Shown here one piece after another: positions 16,881 through 24,654 of a stretch of DNA of 26,586 nt. The notes below the pieces were generated by a model. It searched no databases, was not told the origin of the DNA, and saw only the letters and a list, made by a program, of their open reading frames with translations. Numbering within the stretch: the first letter of the stretch is position 1; every line of letters starts with the position of its first letter. Source of the DNA: Candidatus Izemoplasma sp. (GTDB taxonomy: Bacteria > Bacillota_I > Bacilli_A > Izemoplasmatales > Izemoplasmataceae). Both the position numbers and the translations under genes were made by a program. The stretch is from NCBI GenBank assembly GCA_007116205.1, contig SKIY01000023.1, forward strand, positions 1 through 26,586. The letters are read 5' to 3'.

Positions 16881-16926
16881 CTTATATAAAGGCTTTAAAA
16901 ACGTTTTCAAATGAATTATTTCTTTA

Positions 16927-18774
16927 TTATTGTGGTGTATTTCTCGGTTCGAATAAAACCCGTAACCAATCAATAATTGCAGGGTTCGTATTTTTCGCAT
17001 GCACAGCTTCTCTTGCAATATTAGGATCTTTTGCAATCAAACCACTCACATCTCTATCAACAAAGAACAGTGCATCATCATAACTTTCAACCGTCCAAAC
17101 ATATATATTTTTTCCTTCTTCGTGTGTTCTTTGGATGAAATCTAAATTATTCCGCAATAAGAACTCTCTTAGCGCAATATTATCAACCGCTTCATTACCG
17201 ATAAACGTTTCAAAATTACCGATAAATGTCGCAATTAATAAAACCGTTTCAATATCTTCATTCATCGCTTTTATAGAAACCAGTTGCGGTAAACTAAAAC
17301 TCATCACCTTAACATTATCTACCGAATCCGTCGCCTCAATGATATCAACGATTGCTCGATTAAATGTCTCTCCCCGCGACTTTAAATCAATATACGCCGT
17401 CGTACGCCCATCGATCAATGCCAATGCTTCTTCAAGCGTTGGCACAGGTTCACCAATAAAGTCCTCACTAAACCAACCCCCAGCATCTAAGGTTTGAATG
17501 TATGAATAATCAACACTTGATACATTGTGGTTCGCAATATCATTGGTCGTTCGACCAAGGGTGTCATCATGCATTAAAATCGGCACACCATCACGTGTCA
17601 TCTTAACATCAAACTCAACACCATCAACATGCATATCAAGTGCTGCTTGAACAGCAGAAAGCGTATTTTCAGGAGCTTCAAGCGATGCCCCGCGATGTGC
17701 AATCACATCGGCACGATTTAATAGTTCAATCGGTGAACGCGTTTGACCGATTAATGCAAACGTATTGACTATATTAACACTTAACACAATCGTTAACACC
17801 GTTAACCCTACGCGTCTGATCAAGGTTGGATTGAATCTTCGTTTACGCATTTTAGGAACATAAGTATTTTTACGTTCAAATCCAAGCACATCTTTACGCT
17901 TATAATACCAAGCCGCAATAAAGGCATAATTAATCGGAATTAAAACAATCGTTGCCAAAGTCATTACAACAATATACGTCGTATAAAGCGACGACAACAA
18001 CAGCCCTAACAGCTGTGTTTGTCCGCGTGTAATAAATATAATACCAGTCAACAACGCAATGACTAACGCATAAAATAAATAAAGCATCACATTTAATACA
18101 ATGTTTACTAAAACAAACAATATAAACATCTTAACCCGTTGTCCGCTTAACATCACGCGTGTTTTTATATACGCACGCTTAAATGACAACGACTCAAATG
18201 TATAAATATTAATCGAAAAAATCGTCTCAATAAACAACGCCACAAAAAATAGCGCTATAACATAAAACCCAATCTGAAACGGCAACAAACTTCTGCCCTC
18301 AGCAAGCAGTTGGCTCGGTATCGTAGTAGTACTTGCAAACCCACTTAAATGGATTCCCTCAACAACAAACAAAAACAAAAACGCAGGAAACACAACTTTT
18401 ATGTGGTGTTGTTTTAACACCGACCCGACTTTCCGCAACCCAAAATCTAACAAACTGAAAACATCAATCTTCTCTTTATAATGTCCAAATTCAAACAAAA
18501 TAGCTAAAAATACCATTTCGATTACAACGTAAATACTTACAATCACAGCAATAATAAACAATACCAAAAGCGTTTGAGGACGGGTTAAAAAATCAACCAT
18601 CATCGTATTTGTTATGTACGCTCTACCGTATAGCCGAATTGCACCATAAAAAAGCAAGCGAACCAGCGGAAAAACCAAAGCAACCCCGAGCAACAAATAC
18701 CCTAGTTCAAACAAAATAAGTGACTTAAAATTAAAGCGTAAATTTTTATATGCGGTCCTAGCAGTGTCCCACAT
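16927..18774 (-). CDS. Membrane-anchored glycerophosphodiester phosphodiesterase
   Basis: About 340 aa multi-TM N-terminal domain plus IAHRGAS..APENT, VEFDVKMTRDG..ILMHDDTLGRTT and IYVWTV. Start probably ATG 18774 (AAGGAG RBS) rather than 18795. Confidence 0.9.
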   Translation of the reverse strand: MWDTARTAYKNLRFNFKSLILFELGYLLLGVALVFPLVRLLFYGAIRLYGRAYITNTMMVDFLTRPQTLLVLFIIAVIVSIYVVIEMVFLAILFEFGHYKEKIDVFSLLDFGLRKVGSVLKQHHIKVVFPAFLFLFVVEGIHLSGFASTTTIPSQLLAEGRSLLPFQIGFYVIALFFVALFIETIFSINIYTFESLSFKRAYIKTRVMLSGQRVKMFILFVLVNIVLNVMLYLFYALVIALLTGIIFITRGQTQLLGLLLSSLYTTYIVVMTLATIVLIPINYAFIAAWYYKRKDVLGFERKNTYVPKMRKRRFNPTLIRRVGLTVLTIVLSVNIVNTFALIGQTRSPIELLNRADVIAHRGASLEAPENTLSAVQAALDMHVDGVEFDVKMTRDGVPILMHDDTLGRTTNDIANHNVSSVDYSYIQTLDAGGWFSEDFIGEPVPTLEEALALIDGRTTAYIDLKSRGETFNRAIVDIIEATDSVDNVKVMSFSLPQLVSIKAMNEDIETVLLIATFIGNFETFIGNEAVDNIALREFLLRNNLDFIQRTHEEGKNIYVWTVESYDDALFFVDRDVSGLIAKDPNIAREAVHAKNTNPAIIDWLRVLFEPRNTPQ

Positions 18775-18865
18775 AATAAGCAGCTCCTTAATCATATTAT
18801 CGAATTAATTACTTACATATATATTACCAAATACCCACAAAAACACAAACGATAACCCTTCTCCA

Positions 18866-18895
18866 TAAAAAAACCTCCTAACATATAGGAGGTTT
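18866..18895 (-). terminator. Intrinsic terminator after spx
   Basis: AAACCTCCTA-5 nt-TAGGAGGTTT with a U-tract on the minus strand. Confidence 0.85.
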
Positions 18896-18900
18896 AGTGA

Positions 18901-19362
18901 CTAATTTGTTGCTTTCTCATTGCGGAGTTCTTTAAAATACGTTTCAAGCGCATGCACATAATCACAGTCTTCGCCTTTATCACAAGTTGTACACATAATA
19001 ATCTCTCGCAACCGTTTTGGAATAAATGTCCGGATCTCATCTTCATTATATCCAACCTGCATCTTATTATCTTCAACAATAATAGGACGTCTTAACACGC
19101 TCGGATTAGAGATAATAAACTCTGTAAGCTCACGCATTGACATCTCATCCATATCTAAATTTTGGTCCTGAAACACTTTTGAACGCGTTGAAATAATATC
19201 CTCAAATCCACCTTCAGTGTTTTTTAGCATAAGCATAATATCATCTTTTGTGAGTTTAATATTAAAAATATTCTTCTCACGATACTCGATACGGTGTTCC
19301 TCAAACCACTTTTTAGCTTTGCGGCATGACGAGCAACTCGGTGTGGTATACATTTGGATCAT
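18901..19362 (-). CDS. spx: Spx/MgsR family transcriptional regulator with C-terminal extension
   Basis: YTTPSCSSCRKAKKW (C10/C13), G52, IISTRSK (R60), LRRPII and VGYNEDEIRTFIP. Confidence 0.92.
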   Translation of the reverse strand: MIQMYTTPSCSSCRKAKKWFEEHRIEYREKNIFNIKLTKDDIMLMLKNTEGGFEDIISTRSKVFQDQNLDMDEMSMRELTEFIISNPSVLRRPIIVEDNKMQVGYNEDEIRTFIPKRLREIIMCTTCDKGEDCDYVHALETYFKELRNEKATN

Positions 19363-19401
19363 TAGAATGACCTCCTTATTTACAATTAACCTACCTGATG
19401 T

Positions 19402-19429
19402 AGTATATCATAAATTATAAAAAATTCAA
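19402..19429 (-). promoter_or_regulatory. Putative spx promoter
   Basis: TTGAAT-16 nt-TATACT with a TGn extended -10 on the minus strand. Confidence 0.55.
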
Positions 19430-19483
19430 ATAGTGTTTTCCATGAAAATGCTTGCATAAACGCATGAAATTGAATTTTTAGTA

Positions 19484-19492
19484 TGCTATAAT
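19484..19492 (+). promoter_or_regulatory. Extended -10 promoter for pepF
   Basis: TGC-TATAAT about 37 nt upstream of the start codon, with a GGAGG RBS; the -35 is poor. Confidence 0.55.
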
Positions 19493-19529
19493 ACAATGGT
19501 ACTTTATTATAACAAATGGAGGGCAAATT

Positions 19530-21287
19530 ATGAAGTGGAAATTAGAAAACTTATACCCAACTTTAGATGTTTGGGAAAGCGAAGTTAAACAGTTGCAGAA
19601 AATCATTCAGGAAATCCCGAATTTCAAAGGGAAACTGAACGACTTCGAAACATTTAAAACCTATTATCAAAAACAACGTGAAGTTGCGATTATGGCGCAT
19701 AAACTCTATCAGTACGCCGCATTAAAAAGCGACTTAAACAAAAAAGATGTCGACAACGCAGCACGGGTTCAAAAAATCGCTTATCTATTAAATGAGTTAG
19801 GGAAAGCGACCGCTTTTGAAAACCCTGAGATATTAAGTCTCGGCAAAGAAAAAGTTTTTCGTTTTTTAGAAAAAGATTCAACTTTAGCTGAATATAGATT
19901 TCCAATCGAAAAACTATTTCACCAACAACAACATGTACTCGATCAAGACCGTGAAGCACTGCTCGCTAATTACAGACAACTTTCTAGTCAAGGTGCACAG
20001 CTATATAGCGCTTTAGCTGTAGCGGATAACACTGCTAAAACAGTCACCTTAAAAAGCGGTGAAGAAATTCATGTAACCAGTGGCAATTTCAGAAGTTATC
20101 TTGCTGATTTACAAGACCCAGATGACCGCGAAGCAGTCTTTTCAGCCATTTTTTCTCATTATGAAAATCATAAACACACTTATGCACAAATCTATAACAC
20201 CGTTTTACAAGCAGATATCGCACGGATGAAATCCCGCGATTATCCAACGACGTTAAACAGTTATTTATTTAGCAATAATATCGACCCTGTGGTATACCAT
20301 AATCTTGTTGAAGTCGCCAAAGATAATACCGACTTAATCAAACGCTACTACAACATTCGTAAAACAGCATTAAACCTTAAAGAGCACCGTACTTTTGATC
20401 GTTTTATGCCTCTTGCAAAAAGTAAAAGTAAGTTCTCTTATGCAGAGGCAAAAGACTTATTTTATAAGTCGATAGATCATTTAAGCGACACCTTTAAAGC
20501 TAAAGCTAAAGAAGCTTTAGAAGACGGTTATGTCGATGTCTATGAAACCGATGGTAAACAAACAGGAGCCTATTCTTGGAGTGCTTTAAACGAACATCCT
20601 TATATTTTATTAAACTATGATGACACTTTAAACAACGTCTTCACGCTTGCGCATGAAGCGGGTCATTCAATGCATTCATTGTTCTCACACGAAGCACAAC
20701 CTGTTGCAACCCAAAATTACACTATCTTTGTAGCTGAAATCGCTTCAACATTTAACGAACACAATCTACTTGATTACTTTATTAAAACCAATACCGGCAC
20801 AAAAGAAGATAAAATTACTTTACTCCAACAATCTATCGATGATATACTCGGAACGTTTTATCGTCAAACCTTATTTGCTGCTTATGAACTAAAAAGTCAT
20901 GCACTCGCAGAAAAAGGTGAACCGATTACTTATGAAGCACTATCGAACATTATGGTTGAACTCTATCAAGAATTTTATGATATTGATATTCGTGAAGAAC
21001 CTGGTAAATCTTATGTTTGGGCATACATCCCACACTTATTTAATACCCCGTTTTACGTGTATCAATACGCAACGAGTTTTGCCGCAAGCTTAAAACTCTA
21101 TGAACTTGTTAAAGAAGACCCGAAAAACATCGAAAAACATATGACATTACTACGTGCTGGTGGCGATGACTTCCCTGTTGAACAAGTTAAAAAAGCAGGG
21201 ATTGATCTAACAGATAAATCTGCCTTTATAGCAGTGGTGAACCGACTTAAAACACTGATTGACGAATTGGAACTTGCATTAAAATAA
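19530..21287 (+). CDS. pepF: Oligoendopeptidase F (M3B)
   Basis: KWKLENLY, GKQTGAYSW, TLAHEAGHSMHS (HExxH), FVAEIASTFNE and WAYIPHLF...FYVYQYA. Confidence 0.96.
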   Translation: MKWKLENLYPTLDVWESEVKQLQKIIQEIPNFKGKLNDFETFKTYYQKQREVAIMAHKLYQYAALKSDLNKKDVDNAARVQKIAYLLNELGKATAFENPEILSLGKEKVFRFLEKDSTLAEYRFPIEKLFHQQQHVLDQDREALLANYRQLSSQGAQLYSALAVADNTAKTVTLKSGEEIHVTSGNFRSYLADLQDPDDREAVFSAIFSHYENHKHTYAQIYNTVLQADIARMKSRDYPTTLNSYLFSNNIDPVVYHNLVEVAKDNTDLIKRYYNIRKTALNLKEHRTFDRFMPLAKSKSKFSYAEAKDLFYKSIDHLSDTFKAKAKEALEDGYVDVYETDGKQTGAYSWSALNEHPYILLNYDDTLNNVFTLAHEAGHSMHSLFSHEAQPVATQNYTIFVAEIASTFNEHNLLDYFIKTNTGTKEDKITLLQQSIDDILGTFYRQTLFAAYELKSHALAEKGEPITYEALSNIMVELYQEFYDIDIREEPGKSYVWAYIPHLFNTPFYVYQYATSFAASLKLYELVKEDPKNIEKHMTLLRAGGDDFPVEQVKKAGIDLTDKSAFIAVVNRLKTLIDELELALK

Positions 21288-21302
21288 TAAACACAGTATG
21301 AT
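21274..21302 (+). promoter_or_regulatory. Sigma-A promoter for the trpS leader (-35 lies within the pepF 3' end)
   Basis: TTGCAT-17 nt-TATGAT just upstream of T-box stem I. Confidence 0.65.
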
Positions 21303-21309
21303 ATATGTA

Positions 21310-21512
21310 ACACAATGAACGGAAATAGTAATGTGTTTAACCTTGTATTAGCGACTTTGGAAACGGTGTGAGCCAAAGACAAGAAACACATGAATGGGCC
21401 CGGGAGTGGAACCGTTACCCGCGTTAAGGGTTTTAAGTGCCGGTTATTCCGGAATTAAGGTGGTACCGCGGAGATTATTCGCCCTTAGCTATTATTGCTA
21501 GGGGCTTTTTTT
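21310..21512 (+). promoter_or_regulatory. T-box riboswitch (Trp, specifier UGG) upstream of trpS
   Basis: GGAAATAGTA, AGCGA...GGTGTGAG stem I; GAA-TGG specifier at 21395-21397; T-box AAGGTGGTACCGCGG at 21457-21471; terminator GCCCTTAGC...GCTAGGGGC plus U-tract at 21481-21512. Confidence 0.94.
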
Positions 21513-21532
21513 ATAATTAGGAGGTAAATATT

Positions 21533-22534
21533 ATGAAACATATTGTATCTGGCATACAACCTACAGGGTCACTAAATATAGGAACCTATCTAGGGAGCAT
21601 TAAAAATTTTGTTAAACTCCAAGAAAGTTATCAAGATCATCACTTTTTCTTATTCATTGCAGATTTACACGCTATAACAATTCCTAGAGATCGACTAGAA
21701 CTTCGTAAAACCATTAAAGAAGTTGCGGCGCTTTACTTAGCGTGCGGCTTAAAAAAAGACAATTTATCACTCTTTATCCAATCAGAAGTTGAAGCACACT
21801 CACAAATGAGTTATTTATTGCAATGCTTCACCTACATCGGTGAACTCGAAAGAATGACACAGTTTAAAGAAAAAGCCCAAAAACAAGAAACAGGCGTCAC
21901 CTCGGGGTTGTTTACTTATCCAACCCTCATGGCAGGAGATATTTTACTATATGATGCTGAATACGTTCCTGTTGGGGATGATCAAAAACAGCATTTAGAA
22001 CTAACCCGTGATATCGCAATCAGAGTGAATAACCGGTTTGGAGATTTCTTCACTGTGCCAAAACCGCTCATTCCTAAAGTTGGTGCGCGCATTATGAGTT
22101 TAACCGAACCCACCAAAAAAATGAGTAAGTCTGATACATTCGTAAAATCACGCATTCTTTTACTCGATGATGAAAACATTATTCGAAAACGTATTATGTC
22201 TGCCGTTACTGACACTGATGGAATCATAAAATTTGACCCGAAAAACAAACCTGGCATCAGTAACTTACTAACGATTATGAGTGCTATTACAAACACATCT
22301 ATTGAACAGTTAGTCACTACCTATCAAAATACTGATTATAAGACATTTAAAGAAGCCGTCGCAGATTGTGTCGTTGCAGAACTGAAACCGATTAAAGAAA
22401 AATATAGCACCATTATTAACAGCGGTGAATTAGATGCCTTCTTAGACAAAGGTAAAGCCGATGCAAATCGTGTTGCACGCAAAAAAATAGCGAAGTTTAA
22501 TCACAAAATAGGACTGGGTAGAAAACAAAAATAA
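21533..22534 (+). CDS. trpS: Tryptophan--tRNA ligase
   Basis: SGIQPTG, IADLHAIT, YPTLMAGDILLY, VPVGDDQKQHLELTRD and KMSKS. Confidence 0.98.
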   Translation: MKHIVSGIQPTGSLNIGTYLGSIKNFVKLQESYQDHHFFLFIADLHAITIPRDRLELRKTIKEVAALYLACGLKKDNLSLFIQSEVEAHSQMSYLLQCFTYIGELERMTQFKEKAQKQETGVTSGLFTYPTLMAGDILLYDAEYVPVGDDQKQHLELTRDIAIRVNNRFGDFFTVPKPLIPKVGARIMSLTEPTKKMSKSDTFVKSRILLLDDENIIRKRIMSAVTDTDGIIKFDPKNKPGISNLLTIMSAITNTSIEQLVTTYQNTDYKTFKEAVADCVVAELKPIKEKYSTIINSGELDAFLDKGKADANRVARKKIAKFNHKIGLGRKQK

Positions 22535-22557
22535 CATTCATTTTTGAATGTTATTTT
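22528..22557. terminator. Bidirectional terminator between convergent trpS and ptsH
   Basis: Perfect 13-bp stem AAAATAACATTCA-TTTT-TGAATGTTATTTT, containing both stop codons. Confidence 0.7.
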
Positions 22558-22826
22558 GTTGTTTGTAGTTGATTAAAAAAATCAGTAATTTTTGCGAGCG
22601 CAGCTTCTGCATCGTGACCGCTCGCTTTAATAAATACTTCAGTCCCAGCAGGAACCCCTAAAGACAAAACCCCCATAATCGATTTTAAATCTACCGCTTC
22701 ATCTTTACAGATTAACTGTAGTTTCGCATCAAAAGCATTCGCAATTTTAACGAGATTCGTGACAGGTCTAGCATGCAATCCGGCAGGATGTCTCAACACA
22801 AAACGTTTTTTAAGCGTTGGCGTCAT
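22551..22826 (-). CDS. ptsH: Phosphocarrier protein HPr
   Basis: GLHARP (His15 site), KSIMGVLSLG (Ser46 site) and G.DAEAAL. Confidence 0.93.
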   Translation of the reverse strand: MTPTLKKRFVLRHPAGLHARPVTNLVKIANAFDAKLQLICKDEAVDLKSIMGVLSLGVPAGTEVFIKASGHDAEAALAKITDFFNQLQTTK

Positions 22827-23145
22827 AACGGTCTTTTAAATGTTCATAAATGATTTCAGTGTCGTCGTCAAAATAAAACTTAATTTTATTCCCAATAACA
22901 TTAATACCTACCGCGCCAGCTTGCTTTAGTGCTTCTTTATTCGTCTTTTTATGGTCGAGCAATACCACATTAATTTTATTTCTTTTATAACTTACCTCAC
23001 GAACATTTTGCTTTCCAATAGCATCTATAATAGCATCAATATCGAGTTGAGGGCGTTTCTTAAACTTAGCGTTTGCAATGATAAAAATAACCACTAAAAC
23101 ACCAATGGTTATTCCGGCAATAATAGCGTATTGTAAAGGGTCCAT
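22810..23145 (-). CDS. Single-pass membrane protein with a degenerate PTS EIIB-like (glucose-family) domain and no cysteine
   Basis: N-terminal TM helix, then IIDAIGKQNVREVSYKRNKINVVLLD...EALKQAGAVG, which aligns by eye with EIIB 'I..ALG..NI..V..C.TRLR..L.D...LK..GA.G'. Overlaps ptsH by 17 nt. Confidence 0.6.
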   Translation of the reverse strand: MDPLQYAIIAGITIGVLVVIFIIANAKFKKRPQLDIDAIIDAIGKQNVREVSYKRNKINVVLLDHKKTNKEALKQAGAVGINVIGNKIKFYFDDDTEIIYEHLKDRYDANA

Positions 23146-23253
23146 TCTATCACTTCCGTTTCTTAAACTATACCTATTTTATCATAGATTATTTTATTTT
23201 TGTATGAATTCGGTTATAATGGTTTAAAACTAAATGCATAAGGTGGTGTAAGA

Positions 23254-23664
23254 TTGGAAATTAAAATTGCAGCAGATAAAAAGACTTTACTCGACCATTT
23301 TTATGTCCGAGGTCATGTCTTTATTGTTGAACAAGCCATTAACTGGACGGAAGAGTTTGATGATTGGGACTACGATGCTACCCTGTTTGTCTTATATGAT
23401 CAAAATAAGCCAGTTGGAGCCGCGCGATTATATAAAAACAAAGTTGGGCGGGTGGCCGTGCTTCGTAGTGCACGCCACAAAAAAGCAGGCACAAAACTTA
23501 TGCATGCCGTTGAGGCACACGCTATAAAACAAGGTATCAAAACACTCGAACTCGGCGCACAAGTATATATCATTCCATTTTATGAATCCTTGGGTTATCA
23601 CGCTTATGGTGATGTATATTTAGATGCAAATATTGAACACCGAATGATGAAAAAAACACTTTAG
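23254..23664 (+). CDS. GNAT family N-acetyltransferase (ElaA/YjcF-like)
   Basis: VRGHVFIVEQ, VGAARL, KVGRVAV...R.KKAGTKLM, LGAQ...FYESLGY and ANIEHRMM. TTG start with an AAGGTGGT RBS. Confidence 0.88.
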   Translation: MEIKIAADKKTLLDHFYVRGHVFIVEQAINWTEEFDDWDYDATLFVLYDQNKPVGAARLYKNKVGRVAVLRSARHKKAGTKLMHAVEAHAIKQGIKTLELGAQVYIIPFYESLGYHAYGDVYLDANIEHRMMKKTL

Positions 23665-23675
23665 GTGTTAATGTT

Positions 23676-23704
23676 TTGCAAGTTTTATTTGAACAAGCTA
23701 TAAT
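23676..23704 (+). promoter_or_regulatory. Sigma-A promoter for ppa-osmC
   Basis: TTGCAA-17 nt-TATAAT. Confidence 0.7.
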
Positions 23705-23725
23705 ATCTAGAAAAGAGGCAACTAA

Positions 23726-24229
23726 ATGGAAAAAGTAATTGAAGCAGTCATTGAAATCCCCATGGGTACAAAAAATAAATATGAAATTGATAAAGCAAGA
23801 AATCGCATTAAACTTGACCGTGTGCTTTATTCACAAATGACATATCCTGCAGAGTATGGCTACATCGAAAACACGCTGGCTGAAGATGATGATCCTTTGG
23901 ATATATTAGTCATCGCGAGTACAAAAACCTTCCCAGGTTGTATTGTTGATGCCCGTGTTATTGGTTATTTAGATATGGTAGATAACGGCGAAAAAGATGA
24001 AAAAATCATTGCAGTTATGGACCATGACCCACGTTTTAGCCACATTCATAAAATGGGTGACATCCAAGAGCATATGTTGCGAGAAATCAAACATTTCTTT
24101 AAGACCTATAAGGATTTGCAACAAAACAAACTCGTAGAAGTTTTTGAATTCTACGACAAAGATGATGCAGTCAAGCTAATCGATGCGTGCGTAGCGCGTT
24201 ATCAAAACCAAAAAAACAAAGGAGATTAA
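23726..24229 (+). CDS. ppa: Inorganic pyrophosphatase, family I
   Basis: IEIPMG..NKYE, LDRVL...YPAEYG, DDDPLD and DEKIIAV. Confidence 0.96.
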   Translation: MEKVIEAVIEIPMGTKNKYEIDKARNRIKLDRVLYSQMTYPAEYGYIENTLAEDDDPLDILVIASTKTFPGCIVDARVIGYLDMVDNGEKDEKIIAVMDHDPRFSHIHKMGDIQEHMLREIKHFFKTYKDLQQNKLVEVFEFYDKDDAVKLIDACVARYQNQKNKGD

Positions 24230-24231
24230 TC

Positions 24232-24630
24232 ATGGCAAATCAAGTGAAAATTGTATTTGACAACAAGTATCACGGTATTGTTACAGGACATCATGGTTCT
24301 AGCCAAATCGGTCCAGCTGAAGGCGCATTAGCAGCTTACGACATGATTTTAGGTGGACTCGGCGCATGTTTAAACCACACTTTTCAAACAGTGATGGATA
24401 AAAAGCGTCTTCAATTTCAAGCCATTAAATATGACATCAAAGGGGAAAAACGCGAAGAAGTTCCAACAACACTAAAATTTGTTAAAGTAGACGTCGTCGT
24501 CACCGGCGTTGACGAAAGCAAACAAGAACATGTTCGCCGGGCGATGGAGCTCGCAACAGAATACTGTAGTGTTTTTGTAACTTTATCGAAAGTTGCAGAA
24601 ATGGAATGGCATATTAGTTTTGATCGTTAA
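24232..24630 (+). CDS. OsmC/YhfA family protein
   Basis: LGGLGAC...; C-terminal A.ELA.EYCSVF.TL with two conserved Cys. Start moved to ATG 24232 (AAGGAG RBS), 2 nt after the ppa stop. Confidence 0.85.
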   Translation: MANQVKIVFDNKYHGIVTGHHGSSQIGPAEGALAAYDMILGGLGACLNHTFQTVMDKKRLQFQAIKYDIKGEKREEVPTTLKFVKVDVVVTGVDESKQEHVRRAMELATEYCSVFVTLSKVAEMEWHISFDR

Positions 24631-24654
24631 ACACCATCTAGATGGTGTTTTTTT
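24629..24654. terminator. Terminator between convergent osmC-like and ADH genes
   Basis: Perfect 22-bp palindrome AAACACCATCTAGATGGTGTTT (24629-24650) followed by more T's on the plus strand. Confidence 0.7.

Noticed and set aside
23726-24229. Family I pyrophosphatase in a Bacillota-derived genome as evidence of horizontal transfer
   Set aside because: Family I Ppa is usual in Mollicutes, and there is no compositional shift or mobility gene nearby.
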